Of a DNA stretch of 64,000 nt, positions 1 to 12,840 are shown piece by piece. The DNA lies in contig CM119266.1 in the NCBI GenBank assembly GCA_051294375.1, forward strand, positions 21,155,987 to 21,219,986, in the 5' to 3' direction. The stretch's first letter is position 1. Each line of letters opens with the position of its first letter. This DNA comes from Paraspadella gotoi (lineage: Eukaryota; Animalia; Chaetognatha). Made by a program: the position numbers and the translations under genes. The notes under the pieces were generated by a model, which did no database searches, was not told the origin of the DNA, and was given only the letters and a program-made list of their open reading frames with translations.

Positions 1-1303
1 GTTTCTTTTATAATATGTTACCTGTTTTTAATTAATTCGGGTAAACGTTAATTCACATGATTAATTGATTATCTATTTAAAAAAAAATATTAATTCAATT
101 TTTTTATTTTTCCTTTGTTAAATTGTCATATTCGTCGCGGCAATTTTATCTATGATGAGAATATCTCGAAAATTGATCATTGTCTACGTTTTGCGTCAGA
201 CGATGGCGGCAGGCCGGCATCCGCAAGCGGCGTCGGCAGGCGGCGTCGGCAGAAGGCAGCATAAAAACGGGGCTCGTCTCCTTCGCCTTTTAATAAACGT
301 AATTCCCATAATTCAGCCTCATTTTTTTGCCGGCGAAAGGATTAACTGCGGCTCTCGACTTCATATCATAAATTCTCTTCTTTCTTAGCTCGAAAAAGTG
401 GGGAAGTGGGTGGGGGGGTGGCGAGGGTGGGGCTTGGGTGGTTTAAAGATGGTGGTGGGGATTGAAAAGAGGACAGAAGACTGATGACTGAAGAGGAGTG
501 TAAGGGGATTGCATGGAAAGCTGCTTAAAACTGGTGGAAGAAATAAAGTTGGGATATGAGATAAATTCTTAATTTTCTTACAGACCTCACAAAAACTATA
601 TAAGCTTGACAAAAAAAAAGATAGAAAATTGTTAAAATAAAAAAAGTCATACAGCAAATATTAAAGAATGACGTGACATAAAAATAAAAAAAAGGTATTG
701 CTATAACGGTGTCGTGATTGTGAAAAAGAGAATTCTAAACCCTTCGTAAACTAACTCGTCACCTCAGGATCGATTCATATCCCGTCATAATCCCACGAAA
801 TGACGGCGGCGCTAATCCGTCCACGACGCGACTCCAAAATTTACGGCGCCATTTAATATTTGATTTTCGGCGACAAAAGCGAAATAAACGTCGACCGCGG
901 TAATCGTGACGAATGGGTTTGGGCGTGGAGCGGCGGGCGAGAGAAAGAGTTTTTACTGTAAAACTGAGATGATAACGCGGCTTTCTTAGCCTTAGGAACT
1001 AAAATGTATGGACTCTTATTGAGCTATATGATGCGAGTGCATTATTTTCTTTTTCTTTGAATCAACATTTTCGAAACAATACTACAATACTACTTCCCTC
1101 ATAAATGACAGTTTTGCGAACGTGACGGTGATGAATCACTCGACGTGAGGAACCGCAAAAGTGTCACGTGATCATGATGCCGAGAAACGAAGCCGCTTCT
1201 CAGAATCACGCCGAAGAAAAAAGAAAATAAAACCCCTTTTTTTGAATCCAGATTTGAAACCATTTTTTTTTGAGAGAGAGAGAGAGAGAGAGAGAGAAGA
1301 GAG

Positions 1304-1353
<50 letters not shown>

Positions 1354-1506
1354 ATTTTNNNNNNNNNNNNNNNNNNNNNNNNNCATCTCTGTTTGCTCAA
1401 TTTTTTTTCGCTCCCATCGAGATATTGATTCCAGTAAGAAACACGAAAGAAATCTTCGACCATTACCTTAACCATTCCTCTGCTCTTCTCGTAATCAATC
1501 ACTATC

Positions 1507-1561
<55 letters not shown>

Positions 1562-2482
1562 CTCTCTCTCTCTCTTTCTCTCTCTCTCTCAAAAATCTTT
1601 GGATTAAAAGGACTCAAAAAAAAAAAAAAAGGCGGGTGCCATCGCGAGACGCACCGGCAATAAGGAGTCTGGAACTCGGGACTTCTTTGGCGAAAAGCGA
1701 GAAGATTTTCTTCTTTCTCCGTTTGAAAAACAGAAAAAAAAGTAACGTTGTAAAACTTTAATCCTGGCGAGTTGTCTCATGAGCGAGGAGCTAATCTCTA
1801 ATTTTAACTTTAATCCTTTTCCCTTTTTGGTTTAGAAATTACCTCGTCTAATTGATCTATTTGTACGACATTGTGATACATTTGTGTCATAGAACATATC
1901 TCTTTTTGTCCATTTTGTTGTCGAACAAAACATTTCCTGCCTTTGCTCCCATTAAGCGAAAAACAACAGACGACGACCCACTAGTATGAAAACTACCTAC
2001 TATTTGAACAAAAATAAATAAAATAAAAAAGGTAAACAAAATACAAACCAAAAACATTAAAACAAAAAGTCAGTGCAAATTGACGGTCAAACAATTTTTG
2101 TTTTCTTTCTTTCTCTTTTTCATTCTTCTGTGTTTATCAGATAATTCTGCCAAAGGAAATTCCAAAAGTAAATTATATTTTGGGTTTTTTGGGTTTTTTT
2201 TTTTCGCCGAAATCTCGAATTTTGGTGGGGAAAAATTATGAACATTGGAAAAAACTCGATGACGCTCAACTTGGACGAAGAGCCGAAACGACAACAACAA
2301 AGGAAGATGCGCAAAAAGAGAGCGAGCTGTTTGTGGATGTAAACAAACAAACGCGCGGCGTAATTGGTACGATCGGCCAAAGTGATCCAAAGTGGTTTTT
2401 GAACGTCAACTATCCGGCAATAGATAATATTGCCAACGTTCGAGGCTCCATTATACACTGATAGTGAAGCAGATGCCGGCAC

Positions 2483-2654
2483 CCTGAGATGACGATGCCA
2501 GGTGTCGCCGCCTTCCGTCGCATCGTCTTGTAAGCGGCAGTCAGGCGACGCGAAGTATGAGGTGGACGTTCGTAATCTTTATCGCGGTCTTTAGTGTTGG
2601 ACATATGATCCTCGTAGATGGGATTTGAACGAATTGTTGCGAGAGATAATTATT
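2483..2654 (-). pseudogene. Class I myosin motor-domain exon (YERPPH...AAYKTMRR...IVISG), frameshifted
   Basis: One frame gives PIY...KDRDKDYERPPHTSRRLTAAYKTMRRKAATPGIVISG versus MYO1D IY...[37 protein letters not shown]. Small compensating indels restore IFAVAD and DTC. It ends at ATCTCAGG|gt, just before the P-loop GESGAGKT. The acceptor position is uncertain. Confidence 0.85.
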
Positions 2655-2830
2655 CTTTAAACAATATAACATCGATGATAATAGAATGATAAATAAATTA
2701 AGAGGGAAACATAAGTAATAAAAGAAAAATAAACAAATGAAAAAATTAAGAAAAAATATAACTAAAAGAAAGAAATAAAGAAATGATAAATACCAAAAAG
2801 AATGGCTAAAAAAGTAAAGACATTCTTAAC

Positions 2831-2892
2831 CGATAAGGATCTTACAGAACCAAGACCTCGCCGATGTACGTGTAGGCTTCCCGCGTTCGAAC
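2831..2892 (-). pseudogene. Class I myosin (MYO1D/MYO1G-like) motor-domain exon, frameshifted
   Basis: Minus strand ctttag|G TTC GAA CGC GGG AAG CC TAC ACG TAC ATC GGC GAG GTC TTG GTT CT GTA AGAT CCT TAT CG|gttaag reads (R)FERGKxYTYIGEVLVSVNPYR after three 1-nt indels. This matches MYO1D/G RFEKGRIYT(Y/F)IGEV(L/V)VSVNPY. AG and GT boundaries are canonical. It may be an intact gene with consensus errors. Confidence 0.85.
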
Positions 2893-3561
2893 CTAAAGGA
2901 TCGAAACATAAAATTTGACTTGGACTTGTGAAAAAAAGATAATGAGAAGATAATCATTAAGCTTTATTGATGAGATCGAGAAATTATAAAACTAAATCTA
3001 ATAGAACCAAAACAATGAGCATGATTTGATATCAAAGAAATTTGCGGAATTTCTTGTACATTTGAAATAACCTAACGTCACGAACGAGGCAAACGCCAAT
3101 TCTTTATTTATCAAAAGAACCTCTCTGCCAATCACGCCCTAAATAGCCTTTTTTCTCGTTTTAATTGAATGTCATTTCCTCTCGGATGAATGGTATGACG
3201 TTCACCCGGGAGACTGGCTGAGATTCTAGCTTCGCGAACTAAACTTAAAATAAAAACAAATGTCACCGTGGACAATTCATGTTTTGTAAAGAAATGTGAT
3301 TAAAAGATTCGGCATCCGATAATCCTTTCACAGTGAATCTGAGCCAGGCGATAAGTCGACGATCAATATTGGCAAAACGATATAAAGAAGCCCGCAGTTT
3401 TGTGTTGTGTGCTGTGTTTTAATATTTGAGGAATTTTTCAAAGGAGTGCCTGGGATTACGGAACCGGTATTTATAAGGCATAATAACGGAGGAATAAATA
3501 ATTTAGCCAAAACAAATGACAAAGCAAAGGACGGGAGATTCGTTGCGAACAAACATGACTT

Positions 3562-3971
3562 ATGAAATCAGTTAATTATGGAAAAGGAGATGAAAAGATT
3601 TCACATTCGCCGTCACTTTTTTCATGGTCCACGCTATTCTATGTCTGGTATATCTACAGCAGTCTCGTTATGCCATCCGATGTCACAGTCAAAATGAGCT
3701 ATGCGCCCGATGCCATAGGACTACTAACGTTACCTCAATTTGATGTTGTTGACGGATGGCGGCTGTTGAAGATCCTCCAGCAAAATGAGATTCCCCAGAC
3801 CGCAGTCCACCTCCTCTTCGTCGAAGGGGGGTCTGGGAAACCCCCGCCCCGACATCGAATGACGTCACAGGGAAATTATTACGTCACGGCGAGGATCGAT
3901 GACGTCACCGAGAACCGAGTCAAACGAAATCTCGTGAACCGATTCTGCGCCAAGAAAATCGAAAAAATGAG
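3562..3971 (+). CDS. Candidate plus-strand exon, product unknown
   Basis: Non-repetitive 137-codon open frame ending at a strong donor GAG|gtaagt (3972-3977). Its end, DDVTENRVKRNLVNRFCAKKI, weakly resembles the myosin head N-terminus. Confidence 0.3.
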
Positions 3972-6509
3972 GTAAGTAAAGTAAGGTCTTCGATTCGCGA
4001 GGAAAAAAAAAGAAAATAAAGACGCCGATCCGAGTTAATTGCAGAGAGCCGATGACTAGCGCGAAAGCGAGGCCGGGCGAATGAAAAAAAAAAAAGAAGG
4101 AAAAAAAGAGAGCGAAATAAAAAACAGAGGAAAATCGATTCGCGAAATATGGCAACTCAGTTCGGTTTATTCTTTTGTTTCTTCTTAATCTTCTTCGATT
4201 ATTTTCCTTTTTTTTTTTGGGAGCCGAAAGCTCTTGTTAGTTGTGGATCTGTTTCGCATCTGACCATCTTTTTATATCAGTTTCGTCCTTTAAAACAATC
4301 TCCCGTCGCGAAAAAACCTGCCCTCCGCCTTTTCTCTCTCTCCTCCTCTCTCTCTTTTCAGGATAAATGAACAAAGTGAATTTTTTGCTCTCGAGTTTTT
4401 CTTGTTTTTTTTTTTTGAAAATCCGGATTTTGACGTAAATAAAAAAGGAAAAAAAGGATTTTCTTTTTTTTTTTGGTTCGAACAACACAACCTTTCTCGG
4501 TTCGATCCTCTCCTCTTCTTCGATCTTGCTCTCGTGGGCGACGAGAGAAAAATGGAAGCGAGAGAGACGGGAGAGAGAGAAAAGCGCAGCGTACTCGATC
4601 CTCTGCAGAAAAAAAAACTTAACTTTTTTATTTCCTAACGGCACGTTAGTAAATAACTTGCTACCAGTCTTAAGATTTGATCACCGGCCAAACACGACAA
4701 ATATTAACTCGAAAGCTCAGGAAAACTGCTAGCATTCGTTGTAACGCAGGATCCACAAATCATAGCCATAGCCTGATTAGACCATTTGAAAAAAAATAGT
4801 ATAGTGAATAATATCAAAATGATTTTACCTTCCCCTCCCCCAGCCCCCTGACATTTTTTTAAATTATATATAATCATAAAGAGTGAAATTTCATCCCTCG
4901 TATCATTTTGAATTCCATAGATAAACAAATTTCAGAGCAACATGAAGTATATTGTAGTTACAATTCGTACCAATAGGTACACTAACTGCCTCCTCTTTAT
5001 TAAAAAGAAGTTTAAATTTAAAAAAAAGTTTTGATTTAAAAGGAAAATACATCATGTGAGTCGATTTTAAATTCGATTTTATTTAATGTAATTCATCGAA
5101 AAACACAAAGATGAAAAAGAAATCTCTAAGGTAGGCTTACTACATCCTGTTATGAAAGCAACGAGAAAAAAAATTAAGCAGGGAAAGAGACGAGAGTTCT
5201 TTGTTGGAAAAGATGATATCAACTGGATGCGAATGAAAGGGAATTTAAAAAACAAATCTATTGGTGTAAGAAAGTTAATAAACTAAAACTTAAAACGCAG
5301 ATGAGCAAATCAGAGGAGCTGAGAAACGACAATGTATTATGTATCGTCTTAATAATTAATAATAATAACATTCGATTTTAGCTCATCTTGCAAGGCAAAG
5401 TATGGTGCTGAAAGTCAAAAAAATAAAACTTCCGCAAGGTGAAACAAAATTCTTTAGCGACATTGCAACATATTGCAATATAATATAAAAAATACACACC
5501 AAAACATGATAACTTGAACCAAATGAAAACAAATTTACTCCTAGCAAAATAATCTATTGAAAATAAAAGCTTAATCTATTAAATTAGTCAAATCCGTAAG
5601 AAAAAAAAATGTTTAAGTTGTTCAAGGACTCTTGCTTGATGAATTATGGGACAAAACATTGATTGTCGGTTTTAAAGCATATAAGCGCTTTCATTAACAG
5701 ACGAAGAGCAGCAAATTTTTTTATATACTGAGAGCAACAAACGCAAGTGACTTATATAACATGCATATTAAATAAGCATTTCAGTTATCTTACTAATACG
5801 TGGAAACAATTGTAAGGATTCACTTTACTAATAATTTCAAAATTTCATTCTAAAGAGTAAGTGAAGCAATAAAATTTTCATGTAATAATTAGTTTACCAA
5901 AATATCATTACCAAATTAATAATTAAAATAAGCACGACTTGTAGGATTCATACAATAAGTATGAATTCTACCGCTACATTGATCAAGCCGATTATGAGAA
6001 AAAAAAAAATATCCAAAATCAGTCACGCTTGACACCAAAAGCCCAACTTGTAATACAATTCATTTGAATGATTTAATTTATGCTACAAAAAAACTCGGCC
6101 TACGAAAGGCAAATATATTATATAATCACATTCAAAACAAACCAGAAGTCGAAACTAAGTAATAAACGCATAAAATAAATAACAACCTTGGCTGCATAAC
6201 TTAACGGAAAAAAATCATTCTGAGTGTACGTACGAGGTAAAATAAAAATTCTCCTATACAACACCTCCCAGAACTTATATTAACATTGACTTATCTTAAA
6301 ATTGAATGACGTGATTCTCTTTCTTACCTTCTCATCCTTTTTGTCTGCTGGCGAAAATATCGAGGTAGCACATTGTAATAAATTACAATTAAAAAATATT
6401 TTTAAAGCATGGTTTCAATTCCAGGTTTTTTCTTTTTCGCGTACTTTGTTTACGTAATTTTATTTGTACGTACATACAAGAGCTTTTAACTATAGGCCAA
6501 GAAATTTAC

Positions 6510-7125
6510 TCAAGAAATGAAAAGGGGGGGGGGGAATTTTGAAAATTTGGACGCCGTCAAACCCCCGTGATATGACATGGCACATCCTGTTCGTTCCGGA
6601 TTCGGAGTGAAATTCGCGTGCGGAACAATGGATAGACGTAAAGGCCGGTGGAGTCCCAGCTCACTGGAGACGCCGCCGACCACGCCCCTCGAGACGTCCA
6701 CGCCGGGTCCCCTTGCCCGCGAAGATGGAAAGTGGCGAGAGAGCTTGCTCGTCCGGATCGCAAAGGACGCTCGGAGCGCGGTAGCGGTCGAACGGCGGGC
6801 CACTGAGAGGTGGCGTTGCGCTAAGGATTTAAAAGCGCGGCGGAGCGAGCGGGAGGAGCCGGAGGTTAGACGAGGATATCTGAGGGAGAATTGGAAGCGT
6901 GGAGGCGCGGCATTTGAACGGAGACGATCTCTTGTATGAGACGGGAAGACACGAAGCGTGGCTGGCGCCAAAGAATTCTGCGGAGCGTGTGAGCGAACGC
7001 GAAAGGCGGGTCTTTGACGAGCCCGGGAGAATTCCGGTAGAGCGAGGATTGCTGAACCAGTCGGATTGAAGATTTTGGAGGACTTTGAAACGACGTTCGT
7101 GTAGCATAAGAGTGTTCGTCTCGAT
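6510..7125 (-). CDS. Probable terminal exon of the 6.5-9.7 kb gene; Arg/Ser/Pro-rich, no recognised domain
   Basis: GC-rich block in AT-rich flanks with acceptor ttctcag| at 7126-7127. The frame is open for about 205 codons to the stop at 6510 and is phase-compatible (phase 2) with the 7255-7419 exon. Confidence 0.5.
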
Positions 7126-7254
7126 CTGAGAATCGCGAAATTGAAAAGGATGAAATTAAAGATGAATGCAAGCTCTTATATAGAAAAATTCAATTTATTC
7201 ATATTATAATTCACTATGTTATATACATATTATCAAGTATTACTAATCAAGTAC

Positions 7255-7419
7255 CTTGTGGTGGCCGTGTAAGCTGGGAAATCGGAACGGAATCTTTGAA
7301 GAACAGGATCCAAAACTTTCGCTTTGAAACACGACCTCCGATGTATGGAGCCGAGGAGTCCGCGTCTTAGACCGCGGGCCAGTTCATAGTGATTTGCCTT
7401 AAAACTCTTCCTTGTAGAC
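7255..7419 (-). CDS. Internal exon (165 nt) of the 6.5-9.7 kb gene
   Basis: tatcag|...CACAAG|gtactt. Length is a multiple of 3, with a single open frame STRKSFKANHYELARGLRRGLLG...AYTATT. Confidence 0.5.
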
Positions 7420-7760
7420 CTGATATTGATAAGAACACAGGGTTTCGTATAGCGAAATGTCCACGTAGGAGATGATATTAAAATGATTCAAAAACGCGTT
7501 TACAAAACAATTGGGATGAACAAAAAAATTCCCAGAAGAAACACTAACATCATTACATTATTAAATATGAAAACATTTTGCAAAATAAAATTCGTTGTCG
7601 AAATCCTCAAAATTTCAAATTTTCCACTAAATATGAAAATATATAATTAGTTACATCTAATAAACTCATGTGGAAATCAACTTTTTTATTTAACATTCTT
7701 TTTCAAATTTGTCTAATATAGTAAAACAGGTACTCTTGTATGACAACAATAACAACCGAC

Positions 7761-7942
7761 CTGATCGATATCCGTCTCTCCGTACAAATTTTCTGTTTTG
7801 TCCCAGTGCGATGTCCGTCTCTTCAACCGAATGGAGAGACGGGATTAGAAAAGAACTGATGCGGTGCACGGATTTTAGGGCGCGCCCACGAAGACGCGCC
7901 GATGAAGACGTTGGCGGTTCCACCGCCACGCCACCAGATGAC
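7761..7942 (-). CDS. Internal exon (182 nt) of the 6.5-9.7 kb gene
   Basis: ttttacccag|...GATCAG|gtcggt. One open frame, SSGGVAVEPPTSSSARLRG...RRDGYRS, but its phases do not match both neighbours, implying a 1-nt error or a different splice site. Confidence 0.45.
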
Positions 7943-8163
7943 CTGGGTAAAATAAAAGTTAAAATTTAGAATTACTAAGAAAATTGATATAGGCAGTCAA
8001 GAAATTATTTCGCCATCTTCAGAGCAGACAAGAAGGTTAAAGAGATCATTTGCCAATTTAATAAATTAATATTTAAGTAAATTTTACTGTCCTCACGATT
8101 CCTTTGCTTTCTCCGCCCACTCTCTTTAAATTATAACATCTAATTGCGAAAAAAAGTTCTCAC

Positions 8164-8346
8164 CCCGTTGATCGAGCATGACCCTCCCTCGTTGGGCAAG
8201 GGGTGTGTCGACGGAAAGCGACGTTCCCTCGAGCGTTCGCTCGAGTCTCTCGTCACTGGCGGCGCTCTCGCTCATCTGGCCGGAGGACGACGCGTGATGC
8301 GGGAGACGCCGCCGTTCGCGTTTCGATCGAGGGCGTGCCTCCGTTG
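8164..8346 (-). CDS. Internal exon (183 nt); faint similarity to the parvulin PPIase C-terminus
   Basis: cttctcag|...CAACGGG|gtgag. Open phase 1-1 frame TEARPRSKRE...SSGQMSE...SVDTPLAQRGRVMLDQR; GQM and VDTPL echo Pin1 GQM...VFTDSG. Confidence 0.5.
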
Positions 8347-8649
8347 CTGAGAAGATGGAGTGAGAGGAGAGGGATAATATAATATAATATATATGTATAT
8401 ATTATAAAGAAAAATTAGTACGTAAAATTGGTATAAGACTGAAACATCTGTTGAAGGCGACCTTATTTCTCTCCATCAGGAAATGCATCTAATTAGCAAT
8501 ACATATTTTATCCTAAAAAAATATCGAAAGGTAATCACAGTTAAAGTCACTAATTTGTTTTCGTGATTCAACGAGGAGATTTGTAAAAATATATTTAACA
8601 ACGGAAATATTTTTTCTCCGCGATCTTCGCGGACGGAGGCGTTTTAATC

Positions 8650-8896
8650 TGCTTATCGTATTTGTGGCAGCTCTTCGACAGTGGCCTTCGCCCGACTGAT
8701 CTGCTTCAAGTAGTCCGACACAACGACATCTTTTCTCCTTCGAGCCCTCCTCCCCATTGTGTTGTTGTTGTGACGACACTCCCATTCTTTTCTCCAAATC
8801 TCCGCTGCGTGAGTTTTTCGTTCCCCGGATGTTAACGGAGCGAGAGCTTTTCCTTTAGCGTTTTCCGTCCAAGATTGTTTGCCAGCTTTTCTCTTC
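8650..8896 (-). CDS. Exon of the 6.5-9.7 kb gene; faint similarity to the parvulin helix region
   Basis: Acceptor tattgcag|. Reads ...IWRKE...VVSDYLKQISRAKATVEEL, and small indels give DYLKQIxSGEATVEELAT (Pin1 SWRQE...GYIQKIKSGEEDFESLAS). The donor was not identified. Confidence 0.4.
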
Positions 8897-9490
8897 CTGC
8901 AATAGTAACTAAATATTATAAAAAATGTATTCTACAAACAGACAGAAATCGCTAGTTTTGTGGGGTGATCCTTACTGTCCATTTGTCTGAACCAATATTC
9001 GGAAAAAGAGGTTCGAGAAACTTCGTTTAAAATACGAGCTGGAATTAAAATAATGCAGAAAAAATGTTTATTTTCACAAATTCGTGCGCGAAAGTTTTTA
9101 AATTTCCAAACGCTCCTCAAGAAGTGGTTTGGTTTACAAACATGCATACGGGTATGTCACCATGTCCAGTATTTTTGAGACAAGTTAACGTGTTCTTCAC
9201 GTCAGACTTATTTACATTTATAAAGGGAAAATCAAAGAGCTTGAGAAAAAATATTTCGTTTTTTCTGACAAAGTTACTACCAGAAATGATAGAGAATAAA
9301 TAAATAAATGAAACAGGACATTTTTTCTATTATAAAGGAAGTCATCAAAAAAGACGAAGGAAAAAGGAACGATTTCCTTTAAATTGACGTAGGCAAGTTA
9401 GTGAGGAAGTCCTATGAAATCAACTCGTGCTAAAAATATAATGTCTAATTAAGAACTATACTATCAAACCCAAGAGAGAAAGCTCCTTAC

Positions 9491-9689
9491 CTCAGGGTGC
9501 TCTCGGCGCGGCGACGGCGGCTTTCGTTGTCTCCCACTGCGAATTTTTCTCACGTATTCCAAAAGTAAGTTCGCCCCGGATCGGCTCACGCACTCCTGCC
9601 AGCCCCGCGGGAATGGAAAGAGGAGGGGCGTGGCCGGGGTGGAGGGCGACACGACCGACCCGACAGAGTGACGAGGAGTACGAAGACGC
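9491..9689 (-). pseudogene. Exon with a frameshifted WW domain of Pin1/Ess1 type
   Basis: atgcag|...CCTGAG|gtaagg. Three frames join to PRGWQECVSRSG / RTYFWNT / EKNSQWE versus Pin1 [28 protein letters not shown]. Two frameshifts are needed. Confidence 0.7.
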
Positions 9690-11789
9690 CTGCATCGTGG
9701 GCGCGCTCTCTCTCTCTCTCCTCTCCGATCGCAGAGATGAATTTTTTTTTGTCTTCAGATTTCTTTTTATCCCCGAATTCGCGACGAGGCAACTTCCCTC
9801 TCCATTCGCTCATGATATTATTCCAAAATAAACGGGAGCATAGCAGCGATGAAAATTTCTACGGCGTAGCTTTTTTCTCAGAAAAAGAGCAAAAAAAAAA
9901 ATCGGGCCTCCTCCCCTTTTCTTTGGCAAAAAAGACCCTTGGCTTTGCGAGAAGAAGAAGGACGATGACGGAGGCAACGAAGTGAGAGAAGGCGGTATGG
10001 CCGCTCTTCCTCTTCCTCCTCCAATCGAGTCCGCGGAGACAAACGTCGTGTGTTCTCTCCAAGCGTTCGAGGAGAAAGAGAAGCGATGTTTACCCAACGA
10101 GACGAGGAGACGACGGAAAGTGAAAAAAAAGAAGAAAAATCTGAGCGAACGGAGAACAAAAAAAAGGAGCTGCGTGGAGATGTTACGCGTTAGAGTTGGA
10201 TGTAGAAGGGCGCCGGAATCTCCGGCCGGGCACGGAAAAATGAGTGTCGAAAAGAATTGAAGGCGCCAATTTGCGAGAATAAACAGATTAGTTCTCGGTC
10301 TGCGATGTTTTTTTTTTAAATCGAGCTTTTTTGAGAGATTCTGAAAAAAAAAAGTGGAAGCTTGGCGAAATCGGGAAAACGTCATATTTTTTTTTCCATT
10401 GAATTAAATATTCAGGCGTTATTCCAAGAATTATTAAAGTAAAATTGAATTTTTACCAAATTCTCCTTTATATCATATGTTTCAATCATTTTTGAAGAAA
10501 ATTAAACGGTTTTTTCGCTCAAGGGACCGGTTCGAAAATTGTGGACTCTTACTCATTTTTTTTATTCATTTTGCACGTGATTTCGAAACGGTAAAAAAGA
10601 ATCGTTAAGATTTTCACGATGATGGTCCCTTCACACTTGAAGTTTTTAAACGCGAAAAAAACTTGAAAATTGAACTCTTGAACGCTGTACGAAAAAAAAA
10701 CTATAATGAATGACAATATACTTCGTGCTGTTTAATTTATTCCAAGTTCAAACGATAGACCTTCACGCTGAGGAACAAAAAAGGAAAAATCTAAAAAAAT
10801 CTCAATCTATACACCTGAGAGAGGATTCTTGTTTTTTTTCGATAACCTCTTACGCTTACTACCCGTCGGTGAACAGAAATATCACTTTCGACGCTAAGAA
10901 GCAAAAATCTCGACAACCCCGATCGTTTGTTCTAAATATTACTTGTCTGATCAAAAAATAAAAATAACCAGTCACTGTAAATAAGGAATTTTGGTAAAGC
11001 AAAGGATTGCGAAGGATAAAGAATTGCTTTTAAACCACAGCCGAAAAATCTAATACTGAAAAAAAAATTTAATATTTTTATTTCATAAATTTTACTCGAA
11101 ACAAACCGGAAGAAAAGTAAGAGAAGCCTTCTTGAAAACGAAGAAGTGGCAAATATCCTTCTTTTTAATTAATTTTTTAATCTTATGAAAAAAATACACC
11201 CCAGTTTTATATTGAAATATGGCTGCTTTTTACTTGCCAGGCGAAAAAAAAACATATTTTTAATAAAAATTCATAATTGAAAGAGAAAACGAAGAACTCG
11301 TCAACATCGTGTAAATAGGGTGACAAAAATTTGAACTGGGGTAAGAAAGAGGGTGGTCGCTGTAAAGTAGAGTAGTCTGGTCAGTTGCAGAGAGTGGCGG
11401 GATTGTCTGGCTGTCTAGACTATTTTTGGCGCGGTATTTCGAGACAGTTTCGGTTTCAATGTAGAGTTTAAGTGTGAAAAATAGATATCAGATTTAGGAA
11501 CAACTCGTATAGAAAAATAGAATTTATAGAAGTTAGAGAATAATAGAAAACCGGTTATATACAGATATCAAAACAATACAATTTGACAAGAAAAAACAGG
11601 GAAAGAAGCGAATAAAGTTACGAAAACTTTGTTAAAATTAATTATTTTACAACACAGTTCACTGAACAGTCTCTTAATGACAGGCGCAGGACGAGAGAAA
11701 GAGGCGGTGATCGTGGTAAGGCGTAAAATAAAAAGGATAACCGTGCCGGGATGAAAGGTGAATCGCCGACGCAGCGGACTCAGCGGACG

Positions 11790-12134
11790 CAGCGGACACG
11801 GCAGACGCTGCAGACTTTATGCGAAACTACTCAACATAGTCGGGATCGCCAACTAGTATTACAAAAAAGAATTAAATGAAACGAATATGCGTAATAAGGC
11901 TTGGCAACTTGAAAGACGACTGCTCTGTTTAAATTGCTTATAGTTACATATCTTAAAATCAAATACAAATTTAAAGATAAAAGGAAAAAAAAACTTCTTC
12001 TCGCACCCCATCCCTACCGACGATAAAAATAGACTTCTTTGGGGATCGATCCGCCGACCTGTCGGGGTTCGCTCTTCATCCAAGATCGCCAACCTTCGCC
12101 GCGGGACGTCGCTCTTTTTTTTTCTGCGATCCAA
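11790..12134 (-). pseudogene. Degenerate BCL11-like C-terminal zinc-finger remnant
   Basis: RRKKKSDV...GCEKK...KICNYKQFKQSSRL versus BCL11 RRSDTC...TGE(R/K)PYKCELCNYACAQSSKL, followed by a CSVC that lies in a 9-bp tandem repeat. Zinc ligands are mostly missing. Confidence 0.3.
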
Positions 12135-12339
12135 TTTGCCGCCAAAAAATTAGAACAATATAAAAGACTAAAAAGATAAAGCGGGAAAACTAACTTTTTC
12201 GTCTTTAATTTACTATTTCTTTTTTTTTCTTCTTCTTCTTCTTATTTTTTTAAAGAAAAAAAAAGGTCGATTCTTGTCTGGTAAGAATTTCCACCGACAG
12301 CGAATCCCTTTTTTTTATAAGGGAACTTTTATTAATTTA

Positions 12340-12840
12340 GACTCGGCGTCCTCATCTCAAGAATGTAAAAACGCGGGCGTCATCGTCGGGTTCGTTTTCG
12401 TCGTCTTCATCGTCGTCTTCATCGTCTTCGTACAGTCGATTCGCCTTACATCGAATTCCTTTCGCCCCGAATGACAGAGTCGGTGTTTGAGGTCAACGTT
12501 CTGACCGACGACCTCAACGACTCCTCCTCCTCCTCTCCTCCTCCTCCTCCGACCCAACTCGAAATCCTCTGACCGAAGGCGACCTCAACCCACCGCTTCC
12601 CCCCCACCTTCCTACGACCCGGCGCACCTTTTCGGATCTTCGGGTATCGCACGGCCGACCTTCTCGGCGACCCACGCATGCGCGGGAATCGACGCACGCC
12701 GATCTCGCGCGCGAGGCACGTGCGAGACGCGTGCCATCGACGACTGCTGACGTCATCATCACCCGAGAGTCGAAGAAGACACGAAACGACGACAAGTATG
12801 AAGACGAGAGACAAATGACAAATGACGAACAGCGATAGTG
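12340..12840. other. GC-rich island with long open frames on both strands; possible exon
   Basis: Sharp GC rise relative to flanks. The minus strand can encode acidic runs (EEEEE; EDDEDDDEDDENEPDDD). No recognised domain. Confidence 0.3.

Noticed and set aside
2120-2482. 120-aa ORF MPASAS...YCRIVDVQKPLW
   Set aside because: It starts exactly at the myosin exon donor, so it is probably intronic, and has no recognisable homology.
6577-6939. Plus-strand 120-aa ORF
   Set aside because: It is the antisense shadow of the minus-strand exon; splice signals in this block are on the minus strand.
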